From the NCBI RefSeq assembly GCF_041903755.1, contig NZ_JBBWVE010000021.1:6167-70166 (forward strand): 64,000 nucleotides of DNA, in the 5' to 3' direction. The notes under the pieces are model-generated. The model ran no database searches. It worked only from the letters and a program-made list of their open reading frames with translations, and was not told the DNA's origin. Position numbers and translations under genes: made by a program. Below are positions 1 through 9,408 of this stretch, one piece after another (positions within the stretch are counted from its first letter, which is position 1; each line of letters begins with the position of its first letter). Source of the DNA: Thiocapsa sp. C3-3m (GTDB lineage: Bacteria > Pseudomonadota > Gammaproteobacteria > Chromatiales > Chromatiaceae).

Positions 1-1427
1 TGTTTTTCGTTCCCATTAGGGATCTGTGTCAACGCGATGTCGTGACCTGCGAGCAGGATGAGTCGCTGGTCGTCGCCGCCGAGATGATGCGCGGGCGCAA
101 TATCTCGAGCATTGTCGTGTGCTCGGATCAGGTGCCGGTCGGCATGGTGACGGATCGCGACCTGCGCAACAAGGTCGTGGCACGGGGGCTGGATCCCGGC
201 GAGCTGCGCGTGAGCGACATCATGAACAGCCCGCTGGTGACGATCGGCGAGGACGACTATCTGTTCGAGGCGCTCCACCTCATGAGTCGGCGACGAATCC
301 ACCGGCTCTGCGTGGTGGATGCGAGCGGCGCGCTCTGCGGGATCGTGACGGATACCGACGCACTGCGGTTGCAAAGTCGCTCGCCGCAGCAGTTGGTGAA
401 GGAGATCGAGGAGGCGGCCGACGTCGATGATCTGAAGATCCTGCACGAGAAGCTGGAGCAGCTCGTTGTGCACCTGGCGGGCACGGGCGTGGCGACCAAG
501 GATCTGGTGCAGACGGTGGCCCATCTGAACGACCGCATCCTGGTGCGTTTGATCGAGTTGGTGCGCGCTGCGCGCTACCAGGATCTCACCGACCGCTTTG
601 CCTTCCTTGCGTTGGGGAGCGAAGGTCGGCAGGAACAGACGCTCTCCACGGATCAGGACAATGCGATCGTCTATGCGGACGATCTGACATCGGAAGAGCG
701 AGAGCGCCTCGCGGCCTTCAGCGTGGACCTGATCGATCAGCTTATCGGGATCGGCGTGCCGGCGTGCCCCGGCGGCATCATGGCGAAGAACGAGGCGTGG
801 CGGCGCAGTCTCTCCGACTGGAAGCGTGTTCTCGAGAAATGGCTGCGGACCCCGTCGCCGGAGAACATCCTCTCGGGCAGCATGTTTTTCGATCTTCGCA
901 CCCTTTACGGAGACGCGAGCTTCGAGGCCGACTTGAAGGCCCACATCACGGCGCAGTTGCGTGCCAATAACCTGTTTCTGGCCTATAGCGCCGCCAATGC
1001 GGTCGGCTTCAAGCCGCCGCTGGGGTTTTTCGGGGGGATCAAGCCGGAGCAACGGGGAGCGCACCGCGGCAGCATCGAGCTGAAGAAGGCCGGCATCTTT
1101 CCGATCACCGAGGGGGTGAAAGCGATGGCCCTACAGGCGGGTGTCGGCGACGGCGGTACCCGCGGCCGGGTGCTCGGTTTGCAGGAGGCCGGGATCCTGC
1201 GCGCGGAGCAGGCGGAGAGTCTGATCGCGGCCCTGGATTTTCTGGTTACCCTGCGACTGCGCGCGCAGTTGCTCGCACTCGAGGAGGACCGCGAGCCGAA
1301 CAATTATCTACCGCTCGAACGGCTGAATCGGATCGAGGAGGGGCGTTTGAAGCTCGCGCTCGAAGAAGTCGGACACTTCCAGGGGTTTCTGAGGAGCCGC
1401 TTTCATCTCAATCAGTTGGGGCGCTGA
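1..1427 (+). CDS. CBS-pair / DUF294-type nucleotidyltransferase signalling protein (5' end probably outside window)
   Basis: ORF 42..1427. The frame stays open back to base 3, so the N-terminus is probably upstream. Two CBS-like segments (GMVTDRDLRNKV, GIVTDTDALRLQ) are followed by GSEGRQEQTLSTDQDNAIVY, the nucleotidyltransferase core typical of DUF294 proteins. Confidence 0.75.
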   Translation, partial: FFVPIRDLCQRDVVTCEQDESLVVAAEMMRGRNISSIVVCSDQVPVGMVTDRDLRNKVVARGLDPGELRVSDIMNSPLVTIGEDDYLFEALHLMSRRRIHRLCVVDASGALCGIVTDTDALRLQSRSPQQLVKEIEEAADVDDLKILHEKLEQLVVHLAGTGVATKDLVQTVAHLNDRILVRLIELVRAARYQDLTDRFAFLALGSEGRQEQTLSTDQDNAIVYADDLTSEERERLAAFSVDLIDQLIGIGVPACPGGIMAKNEAWRRSLSDWKRVLEKWLRTPSPENILSGSMFFDLRTLYGDASFEADLKAHITAQLRANNLFLAYSAANAVGFKPPLGFFGGIKPEQRGAHRGSIELKKAGIFPITEGVKAMALQAGVGDGGTRGRVLGLQEAGILRAEQAESLIAALDFLVTLRLRAQLLALEEDREPNNYLPLERLNRIEEGRLKLALEEVGHFQGFLRSRFHLNQLGR

Positions 1428-1516
1428 ACCGGGTCTCGGAGTGACTTTGTTTGCGCTGGAGTATAGAGCTGCGCGGGGGCCGACTCGGTCTTGATGGCGT
1501 GAGGGGGCGAGGATGA

Positions 1517-1569
1517 GGGGGCGACTAAAGTCGCCCCTACAGCCCCTACAGCCCCTACAGCCCCTACAG
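1517..1569. repeat. REP-like palindrome GGGGGCGACTAAAGTCGCCCC followed by 4 tandem copies of CCCCTACAG
   Basis: Read directly. It lies between the convergent ends of the CBS/DUF294 gene and pyk. The same palindrome family recurs near 7236, 16886, 18111 and 18171. Confidence 0.8.
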
Positions 1570-1639
1570 CATGGAGATTTTTTCCGGAAACCGCTCTCTC
1601 GAGGACCTTGTTGTCGCCGGTTCCCGGTCGGGCTCAAGC

Positions 1640-3082
1640 TCAGCGCTGTCCGGACGGCGTTTCCAGCTCCAGGATCTCCATCCGATAGTTGCCGCAGGGG
1701 TTCTCCGCGGTTGGACCCTGGGTCAGCAAGACCAAGCCCTCGCGGATCCCGCGCTCGAAAAGCCATTGACGCACGAAGCTCGACCAGTCGGAGCGGTCGG
1801 CCTCGACCTGGATCGGATGGATGCCGTAGGAGAACTGCAGCGCCTGACAGGTGGCCCTGTTCGGGCTGAAGGCGATGATCCAGACCGGGAGCCGAAAGCG
1901 CGCTACGTTGCGGGGTGTGCTGCCCGTCTGGGTGGGGACGACGACCGCCTGCGGGGCGCTGTCCTTGATGGTGTGGTAGACGCTCGCGGCGATCAGGTCG
2001 ACGGCGCGCATTGGCCCCGACCTGTGGAACCCGTCCATGGTGCGCACGAAGGGCTGTTTGCTGCGCTCGGGCTCCACATGGTTGGCGATGCTTGCCAGCA
2101 TGGCGACGGACTCGATCGGGTAGCGCCCCATTGCCGATTCGGCGGAGAGCATGACGCAGTCGGTCCCGCCCAGGATGGCGTTGGCGACATCGGTCGCCTC
2201 TGCGCGGGTAGGGCGGCGGAAGGTCACCATGGATTCGAGCATCTGGGTGGCGGTGATCACGGGCTTGCCGAAGCGATTGGCGAGCTCCGTGATGTGTTTC
2301 TGCACCACGGCGATCCGCTCGATGGGGATCTCCACGCCTAGATCCCCCCGCGCGACCATGATGCCGTCGGCGACGCGCAGGATGGCCTCGAGGTTGTCCA
2401 GCGCATCGGCGCGCTCGATCTTGGCGATAATGAAGGGGGCATAGCCGATGGCGTCCGCCGCGCGGCGCACGGCAAGGATATCGTCGTCCGTGGCGACGAA
2501 GGATTGACTGACGGCATCCAGGCCGTGCTCGGCGGCAAAGTGCAGCCAACCGTGATCGTCTTCGGTGAAGGCGCTGATGCCGAGATTGATGCCCGGAAAG
2601 TTGAGCCCCTTGCGCGAGCGCAGCTCACCGCCGACGCGCACGCTGCAGCGGATCTCGGAGCCCTCGACCTCGAGCACCTTCAGCAGGATGAAGCCGTCGT
2701 TGAGGAAGAGTCTGTCACCCGGTTGAACCGCTGCCGGGAGGTCGAGAAAGCTCATGGAGACCCGCGACTTGTCGCCGATGATGTCCTCGGTCGTGAGGGT
2801 AAGGATATCGTCGCGCAGCAGCTCGACCGGCTCCTCGGCTAGATCGCCGATGCGCATCTTGGGGCCGGGCAGATCGCCCATGATGGCGACACGGCGCCCG
2901 GTGGCTGTCGCGGCCTCGCGGATACGCCCGATCAGCGCCCCGTGATAGTGCGGATCACCGTGCGAGAAATTCAATCGGGCCACGTTCATCCCGGCCTCGA
3001 TCAGGGCGCAGAGCATCTCGGGCGAATCCGACGCCGGGCCGATCGTCGCGACGATCTTGGTCTTGTGGTTGGGCAGTTGCAT
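1640..3082 (-). CDS. pyk: pyruvate kinase
   Basis: 480-aa ORF. N-terminus KTKIVATIGPASDSPEMLCALIEAGMNVARLNFSHGD, plus MGDLPGPKMRIG and MVARGDLGVEIP motifs characteristic of pyruvate kinase. Confidence 0.92.
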   Translation of the reverse strand: MQLPNHKTKIVATIGPASDSPEMLCALIEAGMNVARLNFSHGDPHYHGALIGRIREAATATGRRVAIMGDLPGPKMRIGDLAEEPVELLRDDILTLTTEDIIGDKSRVSMSFLDLPAAVQPGDRLFLNDGFILLKVLEVEGSEIRCSVRVGGELRSRKGLNFPGINLGISAFTEDDHGWLHFAAEHGLDAVSQSFVATDDDILAVRRAADAIGYAPFIIAKIERADALDNLEAILRVADGIMVARGDLGVEIPIERIAVVQKHITELANRFGKPVITATQMLESMVTFRRPTRAEATDVANAILGGTDCVMLSAESAMGRYPIESVAMLASIANHVEPERSKQPFVRTMDGFHRSGPMRAVDLIAASVYHTIKDSAPQAVVVPTQTGSTPRNVARFRLPVWIIAFSPNRATCQALQFSYGIHPIQVEADRSDWSSFVRQWLFERGIREGLVLLTQGPTAENPCGNYRMEILELETPSGQR

Positions 3083-3659
3083 GTCTGGATCTCGTACTGC
3101 TGGAGGGTTTGTTGCTCGGATGGCTCGGTCGAGGTTTCGGGCGGGCCCGAGCCGAGCATGACCGGTTGCTCGTCATCTAAGCATAACTTGCGCCAGATGT
3201 CAGATCACGATCCGGCGGGAGTGCCTGCTCGCGTGCGGGTTGCCGGCCGGGTTGTTCGGTCTGGACGTGACACCGATGGTCCGGCGCCCGAACGCCCGCG
3301 GCGGTTGTCGTTATACCGACGCACTGTGATGTTTGCGTGTCGTTGGGTCTGTCGGTGGGGTGGTCTTAGGCGATTTCCGGAGAATTCGGTACCCGTAGGT
3401 CGTGCTGACGATAGGAAGCACGACGTGCGCCGATGGTTGGGTGGCCCCCGCATGGCTCGGCACAACCTAGGGTCCGTCGGACAGGAGACCGACCTGCGGC
3501 GGGGTCTGGCGATTCTCGCGAATTGCCTGACGGGGCTTGCCCGTCACCGCGGCCGTCGTGACACGTGGCGCAGAGCGCCAAGGGGCATGCGTGAAACCGC
3601 GGAGCGGCTGTCACGAGCTCCCTGAGGTTGGGGTGGCCGGTCCGATGCGCGCAGCTGCC

Positions 3660-4265
3660 TTACGCCTCGTCACGAGACCGGCGCCAGACCAGGATCGCCG
3701 CTCGGTCGGTCTCCTGATCGTGCGCATAGAGGCGTTTCAGCTCGGCCCGATCGGCCTCTGGCGCATCCCGCAGCAGTCCCGCGACCGTAAGGATCGGGCT
3801 GCACCGCAAGACCGCGCCTGCAGTGACCTCGGCCAGATAGGTGGTGCGGTCGCCGATGTCCATGCGCGCTTCGACCCGACAGTCCATCCAGGACACGGCC
3901 CCCTCGATCAAGGGCGCGCCGGCGGATGTCTCGCGCGGCGGCAGGTCGGCAAACTTGTCCGCACTGTGCCCGGAGGCGAGCCCGAAGCGCCGAACGCTCG
4001 CGATATCATCGGCTGCAATGAGATGCAGTGCGAAGGATCCGCTCGCCTCGATCAGGCCCCAGGTGTGGTGGTGCTTGGCGACCGCGACGAGCATGCGCGG
4101 GATCTCGTGGACGATGGATGCGCGCGTTGCGGCAGTGGCGATGAAGCCGCCGCGGCGTGCCCCGTCGCGCGCCGTCACGAGCCACAGGGGTGGGTCGTAG
4201 AGATGGAAGACCTCATTGATGGCGTTGATCGCCGCTGGGCTTCTGACGTGCGCCTCGGTGCTCAT
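3660..4265 (-). CDS. flavin reductase-like (FMN-binding split-barrel) protein
   Basis: Internal ATG (MSTEAHV...) of ORF 3660..4484. WLVTARDGARRGGFIATAATRASI...LVAVAKHHHTWGLIEASGSFALHL resembles the flavin reductase domain. The upstream part of the ORF is Arg-rich junk. Confidence 0.65.
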   Translation of the reverse strand: MSTEAHVRSPAAINAINEVFHLYDPPLWLVTARDGARRGGFIATAATRASIVHEIPRMLVAVAKHHHTWGLIEASGSFALHLIAADDIASVRRFGLASGHSADKFADLPPRETSAGAPLIEGAVSWMDCRVEARMDIGDRTTYLAEVTAGAVLRCSPILTVAGLLRDAPEADRAELKRLYAHDQETDRAAILVWRRSRDEA

Positions 4266-4297
4266 GTCATGTCGGCCGGCTGTTGCAGAGGGACGCG

Positions 4298-4588
4298 TCA
4301 GACCGAGGGAAGGGACGGAACCAGGCTGTCGAGCTTCTCGGTGATGCTCTGCTCGATCCGATCTTTGAAGGGTTTGAGCAGGAATCCGAGCGAGACCTCG
4401 AGGATCAGCAGGGTCTCGGTCACCTCGACGCATCCGCTCGCGCCCGGCCGCGCGAAGTCGAGCCGATTGCCGTCCCACGCACATCGAGCATCGAGCTCCT
4501 CGACGAGCAGATAGGCGAGGGCCTCGACCTGGTCGAGCGCCCGATCGAGGCCCAATGTGTGCTCGCGTTCGATGAAGATGTCTGCCAT
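4298..4588 (-). CDS. small polyhydroxyalkanoic acid system protein (PHA_gran_rgn-like)
   Basis: 97 aa starting MADIFIEREHTLGLDRALDQVEAL...GCVEVTETLLILEVSLGFLLKPFKDRIEQSITEKLDSL. Size and pattern match my recollection of the TIGR02610-type PHA system family. Confidence 0.6.
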   Translation of the reverse strand: MADIFIEREHTLGLDRALDQVEALAYLLVEELDARCAWDGNRLDFARPGASGCVEVTETLLILEVSLGFLLKPFKDRIEQSITEKLDSLVPSLPSV

Positions 4589-4643
4589 GTCGCTATTGTT
4601 GGTCCGTGTCGGGAGCCGGTCAAGGTATCCCGAGCAGATCGGG

Positions 4644-5033
4644 TTACGTCGGCGGGTGGGTCTCGATGTCCAGATAGGCTTCGGGTACGAAGCGCGGGGT
4701 ACAGATGGCCAGGAAGACGAGGTCGCCGTCCCCGGTGTTGGCAATGCGTTGGCCCTGATCGGCGGGGATGTAGACCAGATCACCCGGCCCGACGGACTGC
4801 GGCGGGATGCCCTCCACTTCGACGCGTCCCGCACCCGAGAGGATCAGATACCGCTCGACGATCCCGGCGAGACGATGCAGGCGTGTCGTGACGCCGGGCT
4901 CGACCCTGGCGCGTGCGACCGAGACCGCCGGGTCGTCCGCACGATTCCAGGTCTCGAGGATGTGGCAGCCTTCGTCCGTGAAGAATTCGTCGGCCTCGCG
5001 CGGCGTGTGGATCACTCCGAGCGGCGGAGTCAT
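4644..5033 (-). CDS. cupin domain protein
   Basis: 129-aa ORF. TRLHRLAGIVERYLILSGAGRVEVEG...GDLVYIPADQGQRIANTGDGDLVFLAI is a cupin_2-type beta-barrel pattern. Its start overlaps the stop of the upstream transposase-like gene by 4 nt. Confidence 0.7.
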   Translation of the reverse strand: MTPPLGVIHTPREADEFFTDEGCHILETWNRADDPAVSVARARVEPGVTTRLHRLAGIVERYLILSGAGRVEVEGIPPQSVGPGDLVYIPADQGQRIANTGDGDLVFLAICTPRFVPEAYLDIETHPPT

Positions 5034-5746
5034 GCGCGCGCCGTCGCGCGCCGATAGGCCGCCGAGCGACGGTCGCCGCCGCGTTGGCGCGGCAAGGCGC
5101 GCCGGTTCAGCGCCGTTTCGATCGCCCCGCAGAAGGTTTCATCGCCCAGCACCCATGCCTTGTTGGTGGCATCCCGAATCCGGGCCAGGAGGGCATCGTC
5201 CAAGGGCTGCTCGGCCTGCGCGGCATAGACGGCACGGCGTGCCTTCGCACTGCGCCCGAGTCGATCGTACTCCGCGTGGACCGTGACCAAGGGGTCGTCG
5301 TCGCCCCGAGCGTTGGCCCCGTAGCTCGACCACCCGTAATCGCCGACGCTCCTTACCAGCCCGGCACGCACCGGGTTGGACTCTAGGTAGTGGCTGACCG
5401 GCAGCAGAAAATGTGTCGGATCAAGCAGTGTCGCGCGGTAGCGTCCTTCCCAGAGGGTGCCGGTGCGCTGGTAGCGGGCGTTGAAGTGCTGGACATAGTA
5501 GCGCCCCACGTACTGCATTAGTTTGCCGACACCATTATCCAGGTGCGGTGTGAGCAAGAGGTGGAAGTGGTTCGGCATCAATACATAGGCATGCAATTCG
5601 CATCCGAACTTTTCGGCAGCAGCCCCGATCTTCTCCCAGAGGAACCAATAGTCTTCTTCCTCATATAGGATGCGCTCGTGGTTGTTGCCGCGCTGGATGA
5701 CATGCTGCGGATAGCCGGGGAGGATGAATCTGGGCAAGCGTGCCAT
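5030..5746 (-). CDS. IS200/IS605-family Y1 (HUH) transposase-like protein, RAYT type
   Basis: Starts MARLPRFILPGYPQHVIQRGNNHERIL. HUH motif in YVLMPNHFHLLLTP; conserved Tyr region GDYGWSSYGANA. No flanking IS ends; it is fused into an operon with the cupin gene. Confidence 0.75.
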   Translation of the reverse strand: MARLPRFILPGYPQHVIQRGNNHERILYEEEDYWFLWEKIGAAAEKFGCELHAYVLMPNHFHLLLTPHLDNGVGKLMQYVGRYYVQHFNARYQRTGTLWEGRYRATLLDPTHFLLPVSHYLESNPVRAGLVRSVGDYGWSSYGANARGDDDPLVTVHAEYDRLGRSAKARRAVYAAQAEQPLDDALLARIRDATNKAWVLGDETFCGAIETALNRRALPRQRGGDRRSAAYRRATARA

Positions 5747-5993
5747 GGTTAGGGTCGGAGCCGGTTGGTTGACCTGCTTCTGAGTATAGAACCGATCCGA
5801 AAAGAGAACAGGCAACCGGCGGGTTCTTCGTCACTTTGATTCTCCGTGACCTCCGTGTCTCCGTGAGAGGCATTTCGAGCTGGAACCCCTGTGCCGACGT
5901 TGACCGATAGGTGGTGAGGGCCGGTCGGAACACGGCGACACGCTCGACTCGGCGCCGGCGTATACTCACGGATTTTTCCGGACGGAGTCGAAG

Positions 5994-7092
5994 ATGCTCG
6001 ACATCAACCCGATCGCTTACCAAATCAGTGACCTCAAGGGACGTGTCGAGTCCCTTAGGGGGTATCTTTGACTACCCGGAACGCAAAGAGCGTTTGACGG
6101 AAGTCCTGCGCGAGCTGGAAGACCCCAAGATCTGGAACGAACCGGAACGTGCTCAGACCCTCGGGCGCGAGCGTGCGACGCTCGAGGCGATCGTGCTCAC
6201 GATCGACGAGCTCACGACCGGGCTGGTCGATGCCGACGATCTGCTGGCGATGGCCGCCGAGGAGCAGGACGAGGAGACGCTCGCCGCGGTCGCGAAGGAC
6301 CTGGATCAGCAAGAGTCGAAGGTCGCCGCGCTCGAGTTTCGGCGCATGTTCGCCGGCGAGATGGACGCGAAGAATGCCTATGTCGATGTCCAGGCCGGAT
6401 CGGGCGGGACCGAGGCGCAGGACTGGGCCGAGATGCTGTTGCGCATGTATCTGCGCTGGGGCGAGCGTCGCGGCTTCAAGACCGAGCTGCTCGAGGTCTC
6501 GCCCGGCGAGGTCGCGGGCATCAAGTCGGCGACCATTCAGTTTTCGGGCGATTACGCCTTTGGTTGGCTGCGTACCGAGACCGGCGTGCATCGCTTGGTG
6601 CGCAAGTCGCCGTTCGACTCGGGCAACCGGCGCCACACCTCCTTTGCTGCCGTCTTCGTCTCGCCCGAGGTCGACGACACCGTCAACATCGAAATCAACC
6701 CGTCGGACCTGCGCATCGATGTCTACCGAGCGAGCGGCGCGGGCGGTCAGCACGTCAACCGGACCGAGTCCGCCGTGCGCATTACCCATAACCCGACCGG
6801 AATCGTCGTCCAATGCCAGACCGATCGGTCGCAGCACAAGAACAAAGACCACGCGATGAAGCAGCTCAAGGCCAAGCTCTATGAGCTTGAGATGCAGAAC
6901 CGGCGTGCCAGTCAGCAAGCGATCGAAGACACCAAGTCGGACATCGGGTGGGGTAGCCAGATTCGCTCCTATGTGCTTGATCAATCACGCATCAAAGATC
7001 TGCGCACCAACGTGGAGATCGCCAACACCCAATCGGTGCTGGACGGCAATCTGGATCCCTTTATCGAGGCCAGTCTCAAAAGCGGTCTCTAA
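5994..7092 (+). CDS. prfB: peptide chain release factor 2 (two reading frames joined by a +1 frameshift: 5994..6068 and 6070..7092)
   Basis: Frame 0 encodes [25 protein letters not shown] then TGA at 6069. The +1 frame continues [29 protein letters not shown]...[19 protein letters not shown] (GGQ motif)...SPF region. It is collinear with E. coli RF2 over the whole length. Confidence 0.95.
6054..6072 (+). promoter_or_regulatory. RF2 programmed +1 frameshift site (CTT AGG GGG TAT CTT TGA C)
   Basis: Internal SD-like AGGGGG, slippery CTT followed by in-frame TGA C. This is identical in architecture to the E. coli prfB recoding site. Confidence 0.9.
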
Positions 7093-7093
7093 G

Positions 7094-7177
7094 TGAACCG
7101 CGTCCCAGTGTACTCGGAGGCATTGCTGGTGGCTGTGGCGTCGCGCTTACCGGATAGCTGTGAGACGACGCGGTTCA
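7094..7177. repeat. 84-bp MITE/REPIN-like element with TGAACCGCGTC / GACGCGGTTCA terminal inverted repeats
   Basis: Perfect 11-bp inverted termini read directly. It starts 1 nt after the prfB stop codon. Confidence 0.75.
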
Positions 7178-7193
7178 AGACATCAAAAGCTTA

Positions 7194-7301
7194 GGCGATT
7201 TCCGTGAATAAACATCATGGCCACGCATGCCTATAGGGGCGACTTAAGTCGCCCCTACAGGTCGCCCCGACAGGTCGGTCAATCCTTTCCCGGAAATCAC
7301 C
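7194..7301. repeat. about 108-bp element: GGCGATTTCCG ... GGGGCGACTTAAGTCGCCCC ... CGGAAATCACC
   Basis: Central 20-bp perfect palindrome (7236..7255) flanked by inverted GGCGATTTCCG-type termini with one mismatch. Confidence 0.7.
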
Positions 7302-7317
7302 TTAAATTCCTAAATTC

Positions 7318-7403
7318 TTAAACCGCTTCTACTGCGACGACTGCCGGCGTGTGGGGCACTGAACGACGCGACGGCGGTGCATGTTCTGCCGGAAGCGGTT
7401 TAA
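7318..7403. repeat. 86-bp MITE/REPIN-like element with TTAAACCGCTTC / GAAGCGGTTTAA termini
   Basis: 12-bp perfect inverted termini; a variant of the TAAACCGCGTC family. It ends 11 nt before the lysS ATG, so it lies in the lysS leader. Confidence 0.7.
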
Positions 7404-7414
7404 TAGGGGGTTCG

Positions 7415-8953
7415 ATGAGCGAGCAAGATCAGAACACCAATACGGCGGCGTCGCACGAGGACGCGGTCGACGAGCACAAGCTGATCGCGCAGCGACGCGA
7501 GAAGCTGTCGCAGTTGCGCGCCCAAGGCCCCGCGTTTCCGAATGATTTCCGGCGCGATGTGATCGCGGGCGAGTTGCTGGCCGAATACGGCGAGTACGAG
7601 CCCGAGGCGATCGAGGCGCTCGGGTTGCGCGTGAAGGTCGCCGGCCGGCTGATGAGCCGGCGCATCATGGGCAAGGCGAGCTTTGCCCATGTGCAGGACA
7701 TGTCCGGGCGCATCCAGCTCTTTGTCCAGCGCGATCTGATCGGCGAGGACGCCTACGCCGTCTTCAAGCGCGACTACGATCTGGGCGACATCCTCGGCGC
7801 CGAGGGTCTGCTCTTCAAGACTAAGACCGGCGAGCTGTCGATCAAGTGCGACAGCATTCGTCTGCTGACCAAGGCATTGAGGCCGCTTCCGGAGAAATTC
7901 CATGGTCTGACCGACATGGAAAGCCGCTACCGCCAGCGCTATCTCGATCTCATCATGAACGGCGGCACGCGCGAGACCTTCCGCATCCGCATCCGGGTCA
8001 TCCAGTTCATCCGCGACTATCTGAACGCCCGCGGATACCTGGAGGTCGAGACCCCGATGATGCAGGTGATTCCGGGCGGTGCGGTCGCGCGTCCCTTCAT
8101 CACGCACCACAACGCCTTGGACATGCAGCTTTTTCTGCGCATCGCGCCCGAGCTGTTTCTCAAGCGCCTGGTGGTCGGCGGTTTGGAGAGGGTCTACGAG
8201 ATCAACCGCAATTTCCGCAACGAGGGGCTCTCCACACGTCACAACCCCGAGTTCACCATGCTTGAGTTCTACGAGGCCTACGCGGACTATCGCGACCTTA
8301 TGGATCTCACGGAGAACATGCTCCGCGAGATGGCCGAGCGGGTCCTCGGCTGCACGCTGATCCACTACCAAGGCGAGGACTACGACTTCGGACAGCCCTT
8401 CGCGCGTATGACGGTCCGCGAGGCGATCCTGCACTTCAATCCGGATCTCGGGCCGGCCGATGTCGACGACCTCGAGCGCGCCTGCGCGGTCGCCGCCCGG
8501 CTGGGGATTTCGGTCAAGCCGGGCTGGGGTCTCGGCAAGCTCCAGATCGAGCTGTTCGAGCACACCGCCGAGCACCGGCTGATGGCCCCGACCTTCATCA
8601 CCCAGTACCCCACCGAGGTCTCCCCGCTGGCGCGGCGCAACGACGAGAACCCCTTCGTCACCGACCGCTTCGAGCTCTTCGTCGGCGGGCGCGAGATCGC
8701 CAACGGCTTCTCCGAGCTCAACGACGCCGAGGACCAGGCCGACCGCTTCCGTCAGCAGGTCGCCGAGAAGGAAGCCGGTGACCTCGAGGCCATGTATTTC
8801 GACGCCGACTATATCCGCGCCCTAGAGCACGGCATGCCGCCGACCGCAGGGGAGGGCATCGGCATCGACCGCCTGGTGATGCTCTTCACCGACTCGCCCT
8901 CGATCCGGGATGTCCTGCTGTTCCCGCACATGCGACCGGAGGCCGGCGGCTGA
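7415..8953 (+). CDS. lysS: lysine--tRNA ligase (class II)
   Basis: Start MSEQDQNT... chosen inside ORF 7349..8953. Collinear with LysS (RVMGKASF-type OB region, FRNEG motif 2 region, class II motif 3 [12 protein letters not shown]). The conserved prfB-lysS gene order supports the call. Confidence 0.95.
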   Translation: MSEQDQNTNTAASHEDAVDEHKLIAQRREKLSQLRAQGPAFPNDFRRDVIAGELLAEYGEYEPEAIEALGLRVKVAGRLMSRRIMGKASFAHVQDMSGRIQLFVQRDLIGEDAYAVFKRDYDLGDILGAEGLLFKTKTGELSIKCDSIRLLTKALRPLPEKFHGLTDMESRYRQRYLDLIMNGGTRETFRIRIRVIQFIRDYLNARGYLEVETPMMQVIPGGAVARPFITHHNALDMQLFLRIAPELFLKRLVVGGLERVYEINRNFRNEGLSTRHNPEFTMLEFYEAYADYRDLMDLTENMLREMAERVLGCTLIHYQGEDYDFGQPFARMTVREAILHFNPDLGPADVDDLERACAVAARLGISVKPGWGLGKLQIELFEHTAEHRLMAPTFITQYPTEVSPLARRNDENPFVTDRFELFVGGREIANGFSELNDAEDQADRFRQQVAEKEAGDLEAMYFDADYIRALEHGMPPTAGEGIGIDRLVMLFTDSPSIRDVLLFPHMRPEAGG

Positions 8954-9180
8954 GTCGAGCGGACAGGTCCGGCGCGGCGTCTCGCGACCGTTTGCCGCAA
9001 GCTTGTCGGCACTCCGGTGTCACTCGTTTCGGTCTATCCTGACACGGCATCGGGGAGCGATGGTTGAGCCGTCGATCCGACCCAGCCGATCCTTCGCGCG
9101 GCATCGTCAGTTGTCGCGTCCCTTGCGGTCGATCGGACCGGGGGCCGATTTAAGGGGCCAAATGAAATCGGAGGGACCGA

Positions 9181-9408
9181 ATGAACAAGACCGCAAAAGC
9201 CGCATGGCGGACGGCGCTGCCGATCGTCGCCGTCACATTGACCCCGCCGGCGAACGCCGACACCGAGATCTGGACGCCTATTCCGGGAACCGAGACGCCG
9301 GACAGCGGCGGGTCGCTCTTGATCGAGCGCAAGGGGATCGTCTATCCGGCAATCCCCGGTACACGCACTCCCGATTATGGTTCCGATCCTTCCGGCAAAA
9401 CACCCTGA
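9181..9408 (+). CDS. small secreted protein, hypothetical
   Basis: 75 aa. GGAGGGA RBS 5 nt upstream. Signal-peptide-like MNKTAKAAWRTALPIVAVTLTPPANA. Internal repeat IPGTETPD / IPGTRTPD. Confidence 0.45.
   Translation: MNKTAKAAWRTALPIVAVTLTPPANADTEIWTPIPGTETPDSGGSLLIERKGIVYPAIPGTRTPDYGSDPSGKTP

Noticed and set aside
1308-2549. 413-aa ORF on the minus strand, in a different reading frame from the pyk ORF (1640..3082) and overlapping it, together with the antisense plus-strand ORF 1571..2341
   Set aside because: Arg/Gly/Pro-rich low-complexity translations typical of out-of-frame and antisense reading through a high-GC gene. The 1640..3082 ORF on the minus strand is an unmistakable pyruvate kinase.
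7400-8575. 391-aa ORF antisense to lysS
   Set aside because: Shadow ORF of a strongly recognised gene, with no protein-like motifs.
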